Positions 18,116 to 28,122 of a stretch of DNA of 64,000 bases are shown piece by piece. The stretch lies in NCBI GenBank assembly GCA_043812195.1, contig JBDRML010000029.1, forward strand, positions 14,212-78,211, read 5' to 3'. The stretch is from Candidatus Woesearchaeota archaeon. GTDB lineage: Archaea > Nanobdellota > Nanobdellia > SCGC-AAA011-G17 > PNOQ01. A model generated the notes under the pieces. That model made no database searches, had not been told where the DNA came from, and saw nothing but the letters and a program-made list of their open reading frames with translations. Within the stretch, counting starts at the first letter, position 1. Every line of letters begins with the position of its first letter. Made by a program: the position numbers and the translations under genes.

Positions 18116-18589
18116 TTAATATTTGAGTCCTTTCCTCTTTTGTTTATACTTAAATAAGATATAAAGAAGATAAATTCCAACTATACCAAATAAAATAACA
18201 AATATTATGTCAATTGGATCTTTATCTGCTAACACTTTTACAAATGGATGTGCTGCAATAAGAATTAAAATAACTGTAAGAGTAGAAATTGTTTCAGAGT
18301 GAAAAGAACTTTTTATGTTGAATCTATCAATATTCTTATCTAACCTATTAATGGATCTGCCAAATCTTACTTGATTAATGAATTCGTAGCCTTCTATACT
18401 AATCTTAACTTTTTCATCTTTTTCGTGCAGAAATCTTTTGCCTTGAACCCCATCTTTTAAAGAAGACCAAAAATCATCGCTAATCTTAAATCCAATATTT
18501 TCAAGAGCTGTGCGACTATTAGAATTAGAATTTTTGTCAATTTCGTCTAAGATTTTAAATATTTGTTCTGTCTTTGAATTATTTTCCAT
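18116..18589 (-). CDS. Hypothetical membrane protein
   Basis: Two C-terminal hydrophobic helices. No motif was recognised. Confidence 0.4.
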   Translation of the reverse strand: MENNSKTEQIFKILDEIDKNSNSNSRTALENIGFKISDDFWSSLKDGVQGKRFLHEKDEKVKISIEGYEFINQVRFGRSINRLDKNIDRFNIKSSFHSETISTLTVILILIAAHPFVKVLADKDPIDIIFVILFGIVGIYLLYILFKYKQKRKGLKY

Positions 18590-18719
18590 AGAAAAAGAAT
18601 TCTCAAAGTATTAAAAAATTTTTCTATATTATACTATTTAAACTGCTTATACAAATTTATACTTTCTAAAATAAACCACACAGAAACCTATATAAACAAA
18701 CAAAACTCAGATTTTTATA

Positions 18720-20063
18720 ATGACATTAGAATTAATGGCCGTTGGCGGTTATTCAGAAGTTGGAAAGAATATGACCGCAATAAAATACAATGATGAAGTA
18801 GTAATTTGCGATATAGGTTACTTTATACCAAAATTAATAGATTATGAAGAACTAGAAGGAACTAACAAAAGAACTTCAATGGGACTAAAAAGAATAGGAG
18901 CAGTTCCAGATGACAGAGTTCTAAAACCATGGCAAAACAAAGTAAAAGCCATAGTTTCAACACATGCTCATTTAGATCATATAGGAGCCATTCCATTCTT
19001 AGCAGATAAATACAACAGCTGTCCAATAATAGCTACACCATTTACCATAGAAGTTCTAAAAGGAGAACTCAAAAACGAAAAAATTAAAATTTCAAATCCT
19101 CTAAAAGTTCTAAATGCAGGTTCTATATTAAAAATTTCAAAAAATATTCAAATAGAATTCATTAATTCAACACATTCTACACCTCAAACAGTTATAATAG
19201 CAATTCACACACCAGACGGCACAGTAATTTACACAAACGATTTCAAATTAGATAATAATCCTACTCTAGGAAAAAAACCAGATTATGATAGAATGAAAAA
19301 GATTGCAAGTGAAAAAGAAGTGGTAGCTTTGATTACAGATTCATTATATGCAGATACAGAAGGCAAAACACCTTCAGAAGCAATAGCAAAACAAATGCTT
19401 AAAGATGTTTTATTGGGGATTGATAACGAAAAAAATGCTATAATAGTCACAACATTTGCGAGCCATATTGCAAGACTAAAAAGTATTGTAGAATTAGGAA
19501 AAAGAATGCATAGAAAAGTAGTATTCTTAGGCAGAAGTTTAGCAAAATACTCAGCAGCAGCTGAAAATATTGGATTAGTTAATTTTACTCAAGATGTAGA
19601 AATAGCAGGTTATTCAAGACAAATTCAAAAGAAACTACAACAAATAGAAAAAAAAGACAGACATAAATATCTAATAGTATGTACAGGAAATCAAGCAGAA
19701 GAAGGAAGTGTTTTAGTAAGATTATCAACTGGAAAATTACATTTCAAATTCATCAATGGTGATCATGTAATATTCTCATGCAGAACAATACCAGCAGAAG
19801 ACAATATATTAAACAGAGCTAAGTTAGAAACAAGATTAAAACAAAAAAAAGTAAGAATTTTCAAAGATATTCATGTTTCAGGTCACGGCCATAGAGAAGA
19901 TATCGTAGAACTAATCAACCTATTCAAACCAAAAATATTAATTCCATCACACGCAGGACACGATAAAGCAAAACACACTTTAGATATAGGAAAAGATTTA
20001 GGATATAAGAATAATAAAACAATGTTTATGCTTTCTGACGGAAGAACATTAAAGCTAAAATGA
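18720..20063 (+). CDS. rnj: Archaeal RNase J (metallo-beta-lactamase/beta-CASP)
   Basis: HAHLDHIGAIP (HxHxDH) and the C-terminal HVSGHGHREDI. Confidence 0.8.
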   Translation: MTLELMAVGGYSEVGKNMTAIKYNDEVVICDIGYFIPKLIDYEELEGTNKRTSMGLKRIGAVPDDRVLKPWQNKVKAIVSTHAHLDHIGAIPFLADKYNSCPIIATPFTIEVLKGELKNEKIKISNPLKVLNAGSILKISKNIQIEFINSTHSTPQTVIIAIHTPDGTVIYTNDFKLDNNPTLGKKPDYDRMKKIASEKEVVALITDSLYADTEGKTPSEAIAKQMLKDVLLGIDNEKNAIIVTTFASHIARLKSIVELGKRMHRKVVFLGRSLAKYSAAAENIGLVNFTQDVEIAGYSRQIQKKLQQIEKKDRHKYLIVCTGNQAEEGSVLVRLSTGKLHFKFINGDHVIFSCRTIPAEDNILNRAKLETRLKQKKVRIFKDIHVSGHGHREDIVELINLFKPKILIPSHAGHDKAKHTLDIGKDLGYKNNKTMFMLSDGRTLKLK

Positions 20064-20242
20064 AACTTAAACCAATATTAGCAATAATAATCATAATAGT
20101 ATTAATTTTAAATATAATTCTCTATGTTTTAAGCACAATATCAACCTTATTATTTTGGATAATTTTATTAATAGCTTTCGGTATAAGTTATTATATAAAA
20201 AAGGGAAATAAAAATGTCAGGTCCAGCTCACGGAAAAAATAA
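20060..20242 (+). CDS. Small two-helix membrane protein
   Basis: Almost entirely hydrophobic. The start overlaps the rnj stop (ATGA). Confidence 0.35.
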   Translation: MKLKPILAIIIIIVLILNIILYVLSTISTLLFWIILLIAFGISYYIKKGNKNVRSSSRKK

Positions 20243-20438
20243 AATAAAAGTAGAAGTATATATTCATGAAAAAGGTAAAGCTGGAGCAAGAATCACACAT
20301 TTAGACATAGAAGGCGAACAAATTTCTAAAATAATTAAACCAGGAGAAATAACATTCATTAAAGGCAAACCAGGCGGAGCATTCATAGCTCTAAAAAAAG
20401 ATATGATTAAAAGAGCTGAAAAATTAATAAAAAAATAA
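20214..20438 (+). CDS. Hypothetical 74-aa protein
   Basis: An ORF with an ATG start and lysine-rich, beta-like composition. No family was recognised. Confidence 0.35.
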   Translation: MSGPAHGKNKIKVEVYIHEKGKAGARITHLDIEGEQISKIIKPGEITFIKGKPGGAFIALKKDMIKRAEKLIKK

Positions 20439-20451
20439 ATTATTAAATTTG

Positions 20452-20796
20452 TTACCTTTTCCTTCTAAAACGTGGAACATAAAATACTCGTTCATCAAAT
20501 GGGGTTCCTGGTAATTTTGCTTTTTCATATTCAATGTAACGTAATGGATCTAAAACAGTATTTCTTATAATAGAACCATCAAATTCAAAATTGTTATACC
20601 TTAAAGAATACCAATCTATAAACCCCTGATCGTATAAAAATAGTAAAGAATTTTTCACTTCATCTTCAGGATACATAGTCTCAACAATAATATCAGAATG
20701 AACCATATTAAATTGATTTAGAATAAGCAATACTTTAAATGCTATTCCATCTTTCGGTAATTCAGACACATCTCTTAGTTTTTCTTTTTTGTCCAT
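20452..20796 (-). CDS. Hypothetical protein (114 aa)
   Basis: ORF only. Confidence 0.4.
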   Translation of the reverse strand: MDKKEKLRDVSELPKDGIAFKVLLILNQFNMVHSDIIVETMYPEDEVKNSLLFLYDQGFIDWYSLRYNNFEFDGSIIRNTVLDPLRYIEYEKAKLPGTPFDERVFYVPRFRRKR

Positions 20797-20872
20797 ATTT
20801 TATAAATATTATAATCAGAAATATAAACTTTTCTAAAAAGGTTTAAAAACAACAACAGATTCTCTTTCTTAA

Positions 20873-21526
20873 ATGACATTTATCGCAATAGCAGGAAACA
20901 TAGCCGCAGGAAAAACTACATTAGGCAGAATAATAGGAAAAAAATTAGAATTCAAATTACATGAAGAGCCAATTAACCCCGAAACATTAAGCGCATTCTA
21001 TAAAGATATAGAAAATAATGTCAAACCATCAGAAAGAGCATTCCTATTTCAAAAAAGTTTTCTAGGATTAAGAACTGCAGTAATGGCAGACGCTCAAATG
21101 ACTGGAAGAAACTGCATACAAGACAGAACTGTTTTTGAGGATAGATATGTATTTGCCGAATCATTGCATAATCAAGGATTTATTTCTGATGAAAAATTTA
21201 ATATATATTGTAGCCTTTATACGCTACAGATGACTGATTTAAAACACCCAGATTTATTAGTTTATTTAGATGCTCCCATAGAAAAACTAAGAGAAAGAAT
21301 AAATAAAAGAGGAAGAATAAGTGAAATATCATTAATAGATCCAAACAATAAATATTTAGAACATCTAGATGAATTATATAAAAAAATGATGAGTAAATAT
21401 GAAGGAACATCAATTCATATAGACACAAAAGAACTCGATTTAGAATCTAATTTTAGTGATCAAGAATATGTATCAAACCTTATAAGTGGTTTTTTGAAAT
21501 ACAGATTACAAAACGTTAAAAAATAA
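20873..21526 (+). CDS. Deoxynucleoside kinase family protein
   Basis: P-loop IAGNIAAGKTTL, a DR..FED segment and the lid KRGRISE. Confidence 0.75.
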   Translation: MTFIAIAGNIAAGKTTLGRIIGKKLEFKLHEEPINPETLSAFYKDIENNVKPSERAFLFQKSFLGLRTAVMADAQMTGRNCIQDRTVFEDRYVFAESLHNQGFISDEKFNIYCSLYTLQMTDLKHPDLLVYLDAPIEKLRERINKRGRISEISLIDPNNKYLEHLDELYKKMMSKYEGTSIHIDTKELDLESNFSDQEYVSNLISGFLKYRLQNVKK

Positions 21527-21649
21527 GTAAAATATATAAATAAGTAAAATAAAATAAAGGTATAAAATGGGCGCAGATTCAAACGGTTAAGGATAAAGTA
21601 TATCATTTAGTATAACTATATTTTTTAAATAAGGTTAATTCTCTTTATT

Positions 21650-22834
21650 ATGAAATTCGCTCACATGGCTGACTGTCATATTGGTGGTTGGTCAGAACCA
21701 GAACTTGAAAAATTAGGTATTAAATCATTTGAAAAAGCTATAGACATTTGTATTAAAAAACACGTAGCTTTTGTAATAATAGCTGGAGATTTATTCAATA
21801 CTTCATTACCCCCAATAGACTTAATCAAAGAAACAACAAGAATCCTAAACAAATTAAAAGAACAAGAGATCTCATGCTACATAATTCCTGGCTCACACGA
21901 TTATTCTCCATCTGGAAAAACAATGATAGATGTATTAGAAAAAGCTACTTTAGTTGAAAATGTAGCAAAATATAACGAAACAGATGGGAAAATTAAACTA
22001 AAATTCACCACAGACAAAACAGGAGTCAAATTAACAGGGATATTCGGTAAAAAACAAGGTCTAGAAACAGAATTCTATAAATCATTAGACAGAACAAACT
22101 TAGAACAAGAAAAAGGAACAAAAATATTTCTATTCCACACCCTATTATCTGAACTAAAAACAAAAGAACTAGAAATGGTAAATTCAGAATCTTTAGCAAT
22201 TTTACCTAAAAACTTCAATTATTATGCTGGTGGACATCCACATATAGTAAAATCAACAAATAAAGAAGGCTATGGTCTAATCGCTTATCCTGGCCCAATA
22301 TTCCCAAATAATTTTGCAGAACTAGAAAAATTAAAACACGGTGGTTTTAATATCCTTAATGATAATTTTGAAATAGAACACATCCCAATTGAATTAAAAG
22401 AAGTAATTAGTTTAAAAGTAGATGTTAATGATAAATCACCTCAAGAAGCTCAAGAAATAATAATAAAAGAAATCAGAAATAATGACATAAAAGACAAAAT
22501 ACTAATTTTAAGAATATTCGGAGCATTAAATTCAGGAAAAATATCAGATATCAACTTCAAAGACATATTAAGCGAAACAAAAGAATCATACATCACACTA
22601 AAAAACACAAATAAATTAACAACAAAAGAATTTGAAGAAATTAAAGTAGAGACAGGCAACGTGACTGATGTAGAAGACAAAATTATAACAGAAAATATTA
22701 AAGAAGACTCAATTCTTAATAAAGAAAAAATAGTTGCTTTAATGGATATTTTATCCTTGGAAAAACAAGAAGGCGAAACAAACTCAACTTTTGAAGAAAG
22801 ATTAATTAAAAACATTGAAGAAACTCTAAAATAA
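21650..22834 (+). CDS. mre11: DNA double-strand break repair nuclease Mre11
   Basis: Phosphoesterase motifs ADCHIG, AGDLFN, PGSHD and GGHPH. Confidence 0.8.
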   Translation: MKFAHMADCHIGGWSEPELEKLGIKSFEKAIDICIKKHVAFVIIAGDLFNTSLPPIDLIKETTRILNKLKEQEISCYIIPGSHDYSPSGKTMIDVLEKATLVENVAKYNETDGKIKLKFTTDKTGVKLTGIFGKKQGLETEFYKSLDRTNLEQEKGTKIFLFHTLLSELKTKELEMVNSESLAILPKNFNYYAGGHPHIVKSTNKEGYGLIAYPGPIFPNNFAELEKLKHGGFNILNDNFEIEHIPIELKEVISLKVDVNDKSPQEAQEIIIKEIRNNDIKDKILILRIFGALNSGKISDINFKDILSETKESYITLKNTNKLTTKEFEEIKVETGNVTDVEDKIITENIKEDSILNKEKIVALMDILSLEKQEGETNSTFEERLIKNIEETLK

Positions 22835-22868
22835 TAAGATTTATAAATAAATTCAGATTAGCAAATTT

Positions 22869-23324
22869 ATGCCATTAATAAAAAAATTAAAATATAGACT
22901 TCCAAAAGAAGAAGAACCAAAACCAGAATATATTTTAAAAGTTTTAAAAGATGTTCAAACTTCTATAAACTCAAATATTCCATATCCAATAAAAACCTTA
23001 ACTAGAATTTTAGACATAATTGAACCAGGCATATACACTGTGCTAGAAAAAACAGGCAGTTTAGAAATGGACTTTAGAGCAGTAAGAAAACTAATTGAAG
23101 ATTATAAGCTGCAATCAACACCAGGTTGTCGTTCTTGTACTCATGTTGGAAAAACATTAGAGATGACATTTTGTTCATTAAAAGAATCAGAAAAAACAGC
23201 TAGAAGAAGTGGCAATCTTTACGAATATGGATCATCACCTACTGTTGATCAGCATTTATTCAAACCATGTGAAGATTGGCAGGAAAAATACCCTACAATA
23301 GAAAAAATTATAGAAAATTCATAA
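22869..23324 (+). CDS. Hypothetical Cys-containing protein inserted between mre11 and rad50
   Basis: PGCRSCTH...FCSLKE...PCEDW. No family was recognised. Confidence 0.45.
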   Translation: MPLIKKLKYRLPKEEEPKPEYILKVLKDVQTSINSNIPYPIKTLTRILDIIEPGIYTVLEKTGSLEMDFRAVRKLIEDYKLQSTPGCRSCTHVGKTLEMTFCSLKESEKTARRSGNLYEYGSSPTVDQHLFKPCEDWQEKYPTIEKIIENS

Positions 23325-23368
23325 TTAAACACAATAATTCTTAATAAATAATACACATTCTACTTTTT

Positions 23369-25426
23369 ATGTTACTAAAAAAAATAAAACTAGAGAATAT
23401 TAGATCATATCTAAATCATGAGATAAACTTTCCAGAAGGTTCTACATTATTATCAGGAAATATAGGCTCAGGTAAATCAACTATCTTATTAGCAATAGAT
23501 TTCGCTTTATTCGGATTAAGAAAAGGAGAATTATCCGGATCAGCATTACTAAGAAATGGGACCCAAAATGGATCAGTAGAATTGCATTTCAAAATAGAAA
23601 ATAAAGACATAGTAATAAAAAGAACTCTAAAAAAAGATTCAAAATCAATATCACAAGCAGAAGGTTTTATGTTAATAGATGACGCAAAACAAATTTTATC
23701 AGCACAAGAATTAAAACAAAGAATATTAGAATTATTCAATTACCCAAAAGAACTTCTAACAAAAACTAAATCTTTAATATATAAATACACAATATACACA
23801 CCACAAGAAGAAATGAAACAAATTCTATTAGGAGATAAAGACTTTAGACTAGATACTCTAAGAAAAGTTTTCGGAATAGATAAATACAAAAGAATAAATG
23901 AAAATTTAATAATATATGTAAAATATCTAAAAGACCAGAAAAAATTTCTAAAAATAAAAACAGATGATCTATATCAAAAACAAGAAGAAAAAGAAAAAGA
24001 ACTTCTTAAAGAAAAAGAAATCCAATCACAATTAACAATTTTAAACAGTCAAATCATAAATTCAGAAACTCAATTAAAAGAAAAAAAACAAACTCTTGAA
24101 ACCACAGAATCTAAAATAAAAGAATTAACAGAAATAAAACAGAGAATAGCTCTTAATGAAAATAATTTATTACATTTTATCAACCAAAAAGAGGTAAACT
24201 CAAAGAAATTAGAAGAAATAAAAATAGAAATCCAGCAAACAAAAATATCTCAAGAACCTATAAATTTAGAATCAATAAGACAAAGAATAAAAGACAAAGA
24301 AAAAGATATAACAAACATAGAAGCTAAAAATAAAAACACATTATTCAAAACTCATGAAGCTGAAATTAAAATAACAAATTCTGAAAATATTAAAACAAAC
24401 ATAAATAAATTAGATCATTGTCCAACATGCAAACAAAAAGTCACAGAGCAACATAAACACAAAATAGAAGAAATAGAAGATTTAGAAATCAAACAATATA
24501 AAGAAATTCTAGAACAAGAGAATAAACAAAAACAAAAAAACGAATCTCAAGTTAAAGAAATAAAAATAGAAATAGAAGAATTAAGAAAAAAAGAATCCGA
24601 ATTAACTCTATTAAAACTAAAAGTAGAAAGGTTAGAAGATAAAAACAAACAACTTCAAATATTAACTCAAGAACAAGAAGAATTAAAGAAAAAAATAGGA
24701 GAAATAAACATAAAAAAAATAGAACTAAATGAAAAGCTAGAAAATTACAAAGGAATAGAAGAAATAAATAAAGAAATAAAAGAACAATTAGAAACAATAC
24801 AACAAGAACACAGAAAATTAGAAATTCAAAATGCATCTTTAAACAACGAATTCAAAAATATCTCAAAAAACATAGAAAATTTAGAAAAAGAAATCATAGA
24901 GAAAAAACAAACACAAAATAAAATAATACAAATCACAAAACTGCAAGACTTTTTAGAAATACATTTCTCAAATTTAATGCAAACTATGGAAAGACAAATC
25001 ATGCTAAGAGTCCATCAAGACTTTGATTCTCTATTCCAAAAATGGTTCTCCCTATTAATAAACAATGAACAATTACAAATCAAACTAGATTATGAATTCT
25101 CACCACAAATAATACAAAATGGCCATGATATAGAATACACTAATTTATCTGGGGGAGAAAAAACAGCAGCAGCATTAGCATACAGATTATCTTTAAATCA
25201 AACCATAAACAAATTAATGTCAAAAATTAAAACAAAAGATATAATTATATTAGACGAACCAACAGACGGTTTCTCAGCAGAGCAAATAGACAGAATGAGA
25301 TTAGTTTTAGACGAACTAGAAGTAAAACAATTAATTATAGTAAGTCACGATGCAAAGATAGAAAGTTTTGTAGATAACGTAATAAGATTAAATAAACAAG
25401 AACATATTAGTTCTATTCTTAACTAA
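23369..25426 (+). CDS. rad50: Rad50 ATPase
   Basis: Walker A GNIGSGKST, a long K/E-rich coiled coil, the zinc hook CPTC, the signature LSGGEKTAAALAYRL and Walker B IIILDEPTDGF. Confidence 0.88.
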   Translation: MLLKKIKLENIRSYLNHEINFPEGSTLLSGNIGSGKSTILLAIDFALFGLRKGELSGSALLRNGTQNGSVELHFKIENKDIVIKRTLKKDSKSISQAEGFMLIDDAKQILSAQELKQRILELFNYPKELLTKTKSLIYKYTIYTPQEEMKQILLGDKDFRLDTLRKVFGIDKYKRINENLIIYVKYLKDQKKFLKIKTDDLYQKQEEKEKELLKEKEIQSQLTILNSQIINSETQLKEKKQTLETTESKIKELTEIKQRIALNENNLLHFINQKEVNSKKLEEIKIEIQQTKISQEPINLESIRQRIKDKEKDITNIEAKNKNTLFKTHEAEIKITNSENIKTNINKLDHCPTCKQKVTEQHKHKIEEIEDLEIKQYKEILEQENKQKQKNESQVKEIKIEIEELRKKESELTLLKLKVERLEDKNKQLQILTQEQEELKKKIGEINIKKIELNEKLENYKGIEEINKEIKEQLETIQQEHRKLEIQNASLNNEFKNISKNIENLEKEIIEKKQTQNKIIQITKLQDFLEIHFSNLMQTMERQIMLRVHQDFDSLFQKWFSLLINNEQLQIKLDYEFSPQIIQNGHDIEYTNLSGGEKTAAALAYRLSLNQTINKLMSKIKTKDIIILDEPTDGFSAEQIDRMRLVLDELEVKQLIIVSHDAKIESFVDNVIRLNKQEHISSILN

Positions 25427-25460
25427 AAAACCTTATAAAATCAATCATCCTACCTAAACT

Positions 25461-26027
25461 ATGCCAGAAATCATAGATTTTAAGGATATCAATAAAAATG
25501 ATATTATAAAAAGAATAAAGGCTGGAGAAATTTTCATATATCCAACAGATACTATATATGGAATAGGATGTAATGCTCTAAAACCAGCTTCAGTTCAACT
25601 AATAAAAGATATAAAAAAAAGAGAAGATAGACCTTTCTCAATAATAGCACCATCTAAAGAATGGATCAATAAAAACCTAAAAGTTCCTAATAAGTCCTAC
25701 ATACAAAAATTACCAGGCCCTTACACATACATCTTAGAAATAAAAAAAAGAGCAACAGCAAGAAATGTCAATCCAGGTTACAAGACGTTAGGAGTAAGAA
25801 TACCAAACCATCCATTCACAAACTTAGTAAAATCAGCAAATGTACCTTTCATAACAACATCAGTCAATTTATCAGAACAAAAACCAATTAGAAGCATAAA
25901 AGAGATTCCAAGATCAATAAAGAAAAAAGTAGATATTATCATAGATAATGGCTATTTACCAAATTATCCTTCTACCATAATAGATTTAACACATACACCA
26001 CCAAAACTCATAACAAGAAGGCTATAA
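25461..26027 (+). CDS. tsaC: Threonylcarbamoyl-AMP synthase (YrdC/TsaC domain only)
   Basis: IYPTDTIYGIGCNA and LGVRIPNHP. Confidence 0.8.
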   Translation: MPEIIDFKDINKNDIIKRIKAGEIFIYPTDTIYGIGCNALKPASVQLIKDIKKREDRPFSIIAPSKEWINKNLKVPNKSYIQKLPGPYTYILEIKKRATARNVNPGYKTLGVRIPNHPFTNLVKSANVPFITTSVNLSEQKPIRSIKEIPRSIKKKVDIIIDNGYLPNYPSTIIDLTHTPPKLITRRL

Positions 26028-26175
26028 CTACTAAAAAATAACATTTATATACTAAAAAATAAAGTCAAATATATCCAAAATGGACCAAGATAAGATATAT
26101 GAACATAGTATATAAAGACAATTAAGAGAAAATTCTGAAGCATATCACCAATTAGACTATTTTTTAAGAGAAACA

Positions 26176-26454
26176 ATGAAATTAAATAGAAAATTACCAG
26201 AAGGTCCAAGATATGCATTAATAGACACTAAAAATACAAATGGTATCTCTAGCGAAGGATATGGGTTATTATTAGAAGCCAATAGGGCATTAAGAGCTCG
26301 TAATGGATATTTAGTTTTACACAGTTTTAACAAAACAATTGAAAATAAACTAAGAATAACTAAATTAAACACCATATTTACTATATTCAATACAAGAGAA
26401 GAAGCTCTGGAATTTCTAGCAGAAGAATCAGAGAACCCATTCGCCAGGTTCTAA
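26176..26454 (+). CDS. STAS-domain-like small protein
   Basis: The pattern LVLHSFNKTIENKLRITKLNTIFTIFNTREEAL resembles SpoIIAA/STAS. Confidence 0.45.
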   Translation: MKLNRKLPEGPRYALIDTKNTNGISSEGYGLLLEANRALRARNGYLVLHSFNKTIENKLRITKLNTIFTIFNTREEALEFLAEESENPFARF

Positions 26455-26498
26455 AACTACAAAAAGCTTATAAATTTGCACGCATTCTCCCAAACCTA

Positions 26499-27905
26499 AT
26501 GAAAAAAAGAGTCTTATTCTGGATACTATTAATTCTCATAATTATACCAATTTCATACTCAGCAGATATATTGCTAATGGAATCTCCTTTACAAGATATT
26601 ATTGTAGGAGATAATGGAGAAGTTCAATACACAGTTCTAATTACAAACAATCAAGAAGTAAAAGACAGCTTCAGATTTGTACTCCCATCAGTATATACAG
26701 GTTGGAGAATAGAAAATGTACCAGCCCAAATAACAATACAATCACTAGAATCAGAAGATGTTTTATTAAAGATTATACCAACAAAACTTCCTTTACCAGA
26801 TGATTACGGACTAGGCATTAAGGTAGTTTCAAATGCAAATGAAAGCCAGTTCATAGAACATACATTTACATTCAAAGTTGTAACATATAAAGATGCAATC
26901 AAAACCAAATTAATAGCACCAGAAAATATAAACCCAAATCAAGAAAATCTAATAAGAGTACAATTAGAAAATAAATATGATGTAACAATTAAAGATATCA
27001 AACTAATTTTAGAAAATGAATATTTTACAGAAGAAATGTTAATAGCTTTAAGACCATACGAAACTGTAACAAAGGATTTTGTAATTAATTTTGAACCTCC
27101 AGTAGAAAAGGGATTAACTGATGTTAAAATAAAAATCCAAAAAACAAAAGATGATCAAATAGTAATAGAAAAAACAGAAACAATAGAAGTAGGTGATTTC
27201 GATATAATAGAAAGTATAACAAGTCCTCTAAGTGAATTCTTACTAAAAAAAGAGGTTATAACAAAAACAAATAATGGCAACACAATATCCACAGAAACTT
27301 TCACAAAAAGAATCGGTTTTTTTGAAAAATTATTCACAAAAACAAATATAGATCCAAACCAAGTAACAAAAGATGGAAATTCTTATTTATTAACTTGGGA
27401 ATTTAAATTAGAACCTAATGAAACTAGATTAATAGAAATAGAAACAAACTACAGATATTTTATATTAGCACTTATAGTTTTAGCATTTTTAATTTATTTA
27501 ATTTACAGAATGAGAAGAAGAGATTTATCAATTTCAAAAAAATTAACATACTTAACAAGATCTAAAGAAGGAATATCTTCAATGAATATTCAATTATCAG
27601 TTAGAAACATTTCAGGAAAAACTCTTAATAACATAAAAGTTATGGACGCAACAATAAGAACCACAGAAAAACCAGATAATTTCGGTTCTTTAAAACCAAA
27701 AACAATACAGATAGGAGAATTTTCAACAAGAATGATGTGGGAAATTCCAGTTATTAGAAAAAATGAAGAAATCATAATATCATATACAGCTAAATCTAAA
27801 ATCCCTTTAATGTTAGATGTTAAATTACCACCAGCAATGTTAAAATATATATCAGGAAAAAGAAGATTTATAATAAAATCAAATACTATTAAATTATTCA
27901 GTTAA
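26499..27905 (+). CDS. Signal-peptide protein with beta-sandwich (S-layer/CARDB-like) repeats and one TM helix
   Basis: N-terminal hydrophobic signal and the TM helix YFILALIVLAFLIYLIY. The family assignment is tentative. Confidence 0.45.
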   Translation: MKKRVLFWILLILIIIPISYSADILLMESPLQDIIVGDNGEVQYTVLITNNQEVKDSFRFVLPSVYTGWRIENVPAQITIQSLESEDVLLKIIPTKLPLPDDYGLGIKVVSNANESQFIEHTFTFKVVTYKDAIKTKLIAPENINPNQENLIRVQLENKYDVTIKDIKLILENEYFTEEMLIALRPYETVTKDFVINFEPPVEKGLTDVKIKIQKTKDDQIVIEKTETIEVGDFDIIESITSPLSEFLLKKEVITKTNNGNTISTETFTKRIGFFEKLFTKTNIDPNQVTKDGNSYLLTWEFKLEPNETRLIEIETNYRYFILALIVLAFLIYLIYRMRRRDLSISKKLTYLTRSKEGISSMNIQLSVRNISGKTLNNIKVMDATIRTTEKPDNFGSLKPKTIQIGEFSTRMMWEIPVIRKNEEIIISYTAKSKIPLMLDVKLPPAMLKYISGKRRFIIKSNTIKLFS

Positions 27906-27938
27906 CTTTATAAATAAAATACATACTTTTAATTCTAT

Positions 27939-28059
27939 CTCGCGGTAGCTCAATGGCAGAGTACTCGGCTGTAGATGCTATTCGACTAGGCGCTTAGCTT
28001 TGAATGAAAAATAGCCAGCCGATCCCGAGAGGTTGTGGGTTCAAATCCCACCCGCGAGA
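27939..28059 (+). tRNA. tRNA-Tyr(GUA) with a 49-nt intron (27975..28023) at canonical 37/38
   Basis: Hand fold: acceptor CTCGCGG/CCGCGAG with the archaeal C1:G72 pair, anticodon arm CTCGG-CTGTAG..C-CCGAG, T arm GTGGG-TTCAAAT-CCCAC and discriminator A. The BHB has bulges AG|A and AU|C. Confidence 0.85.
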
Positions 28060-28070
28060 TATTTTTTTAT

Positions 28071-28102
28071 CTTGCCATACACCACCAAAAATGATTTATA
28101 AA
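28071..28102 (+). promoter_or_regulatory. Conserved 5' cassette plus TATA box of a LAGLIDADG gene (shared with 61209..61238)
   Basis: cttgccatacaccaccaaaaatgatTTATAAA lies 21 nt before ATG 28123 and is near-identical to the sequence upstream of ATG 61261. Confidence 0.6.
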
Positions 28103-28122
28103 TAAAAATTAATGTACAATTA

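Noticed and set aside
21560-21610. tRNA-like string gggcgcagattcaaacggttaagg
   Set aside because: No acceptor stem, D arm or anticodon arm can be built around it.
24552-24836. Antisense or overlapping ORFs inside long genes: 24552-24836, 35444-35764, 37770-38180, 38947-39378, 48150-48704, 10348-10863, 22450-22815 and others
   Set aside because: They lie opposite well-supported conserved genes. Their low-complexity L/F/I-rich translations are typical of the reverse strand of A/G-rich coding sequence. None has a recognisable motif or promoter.
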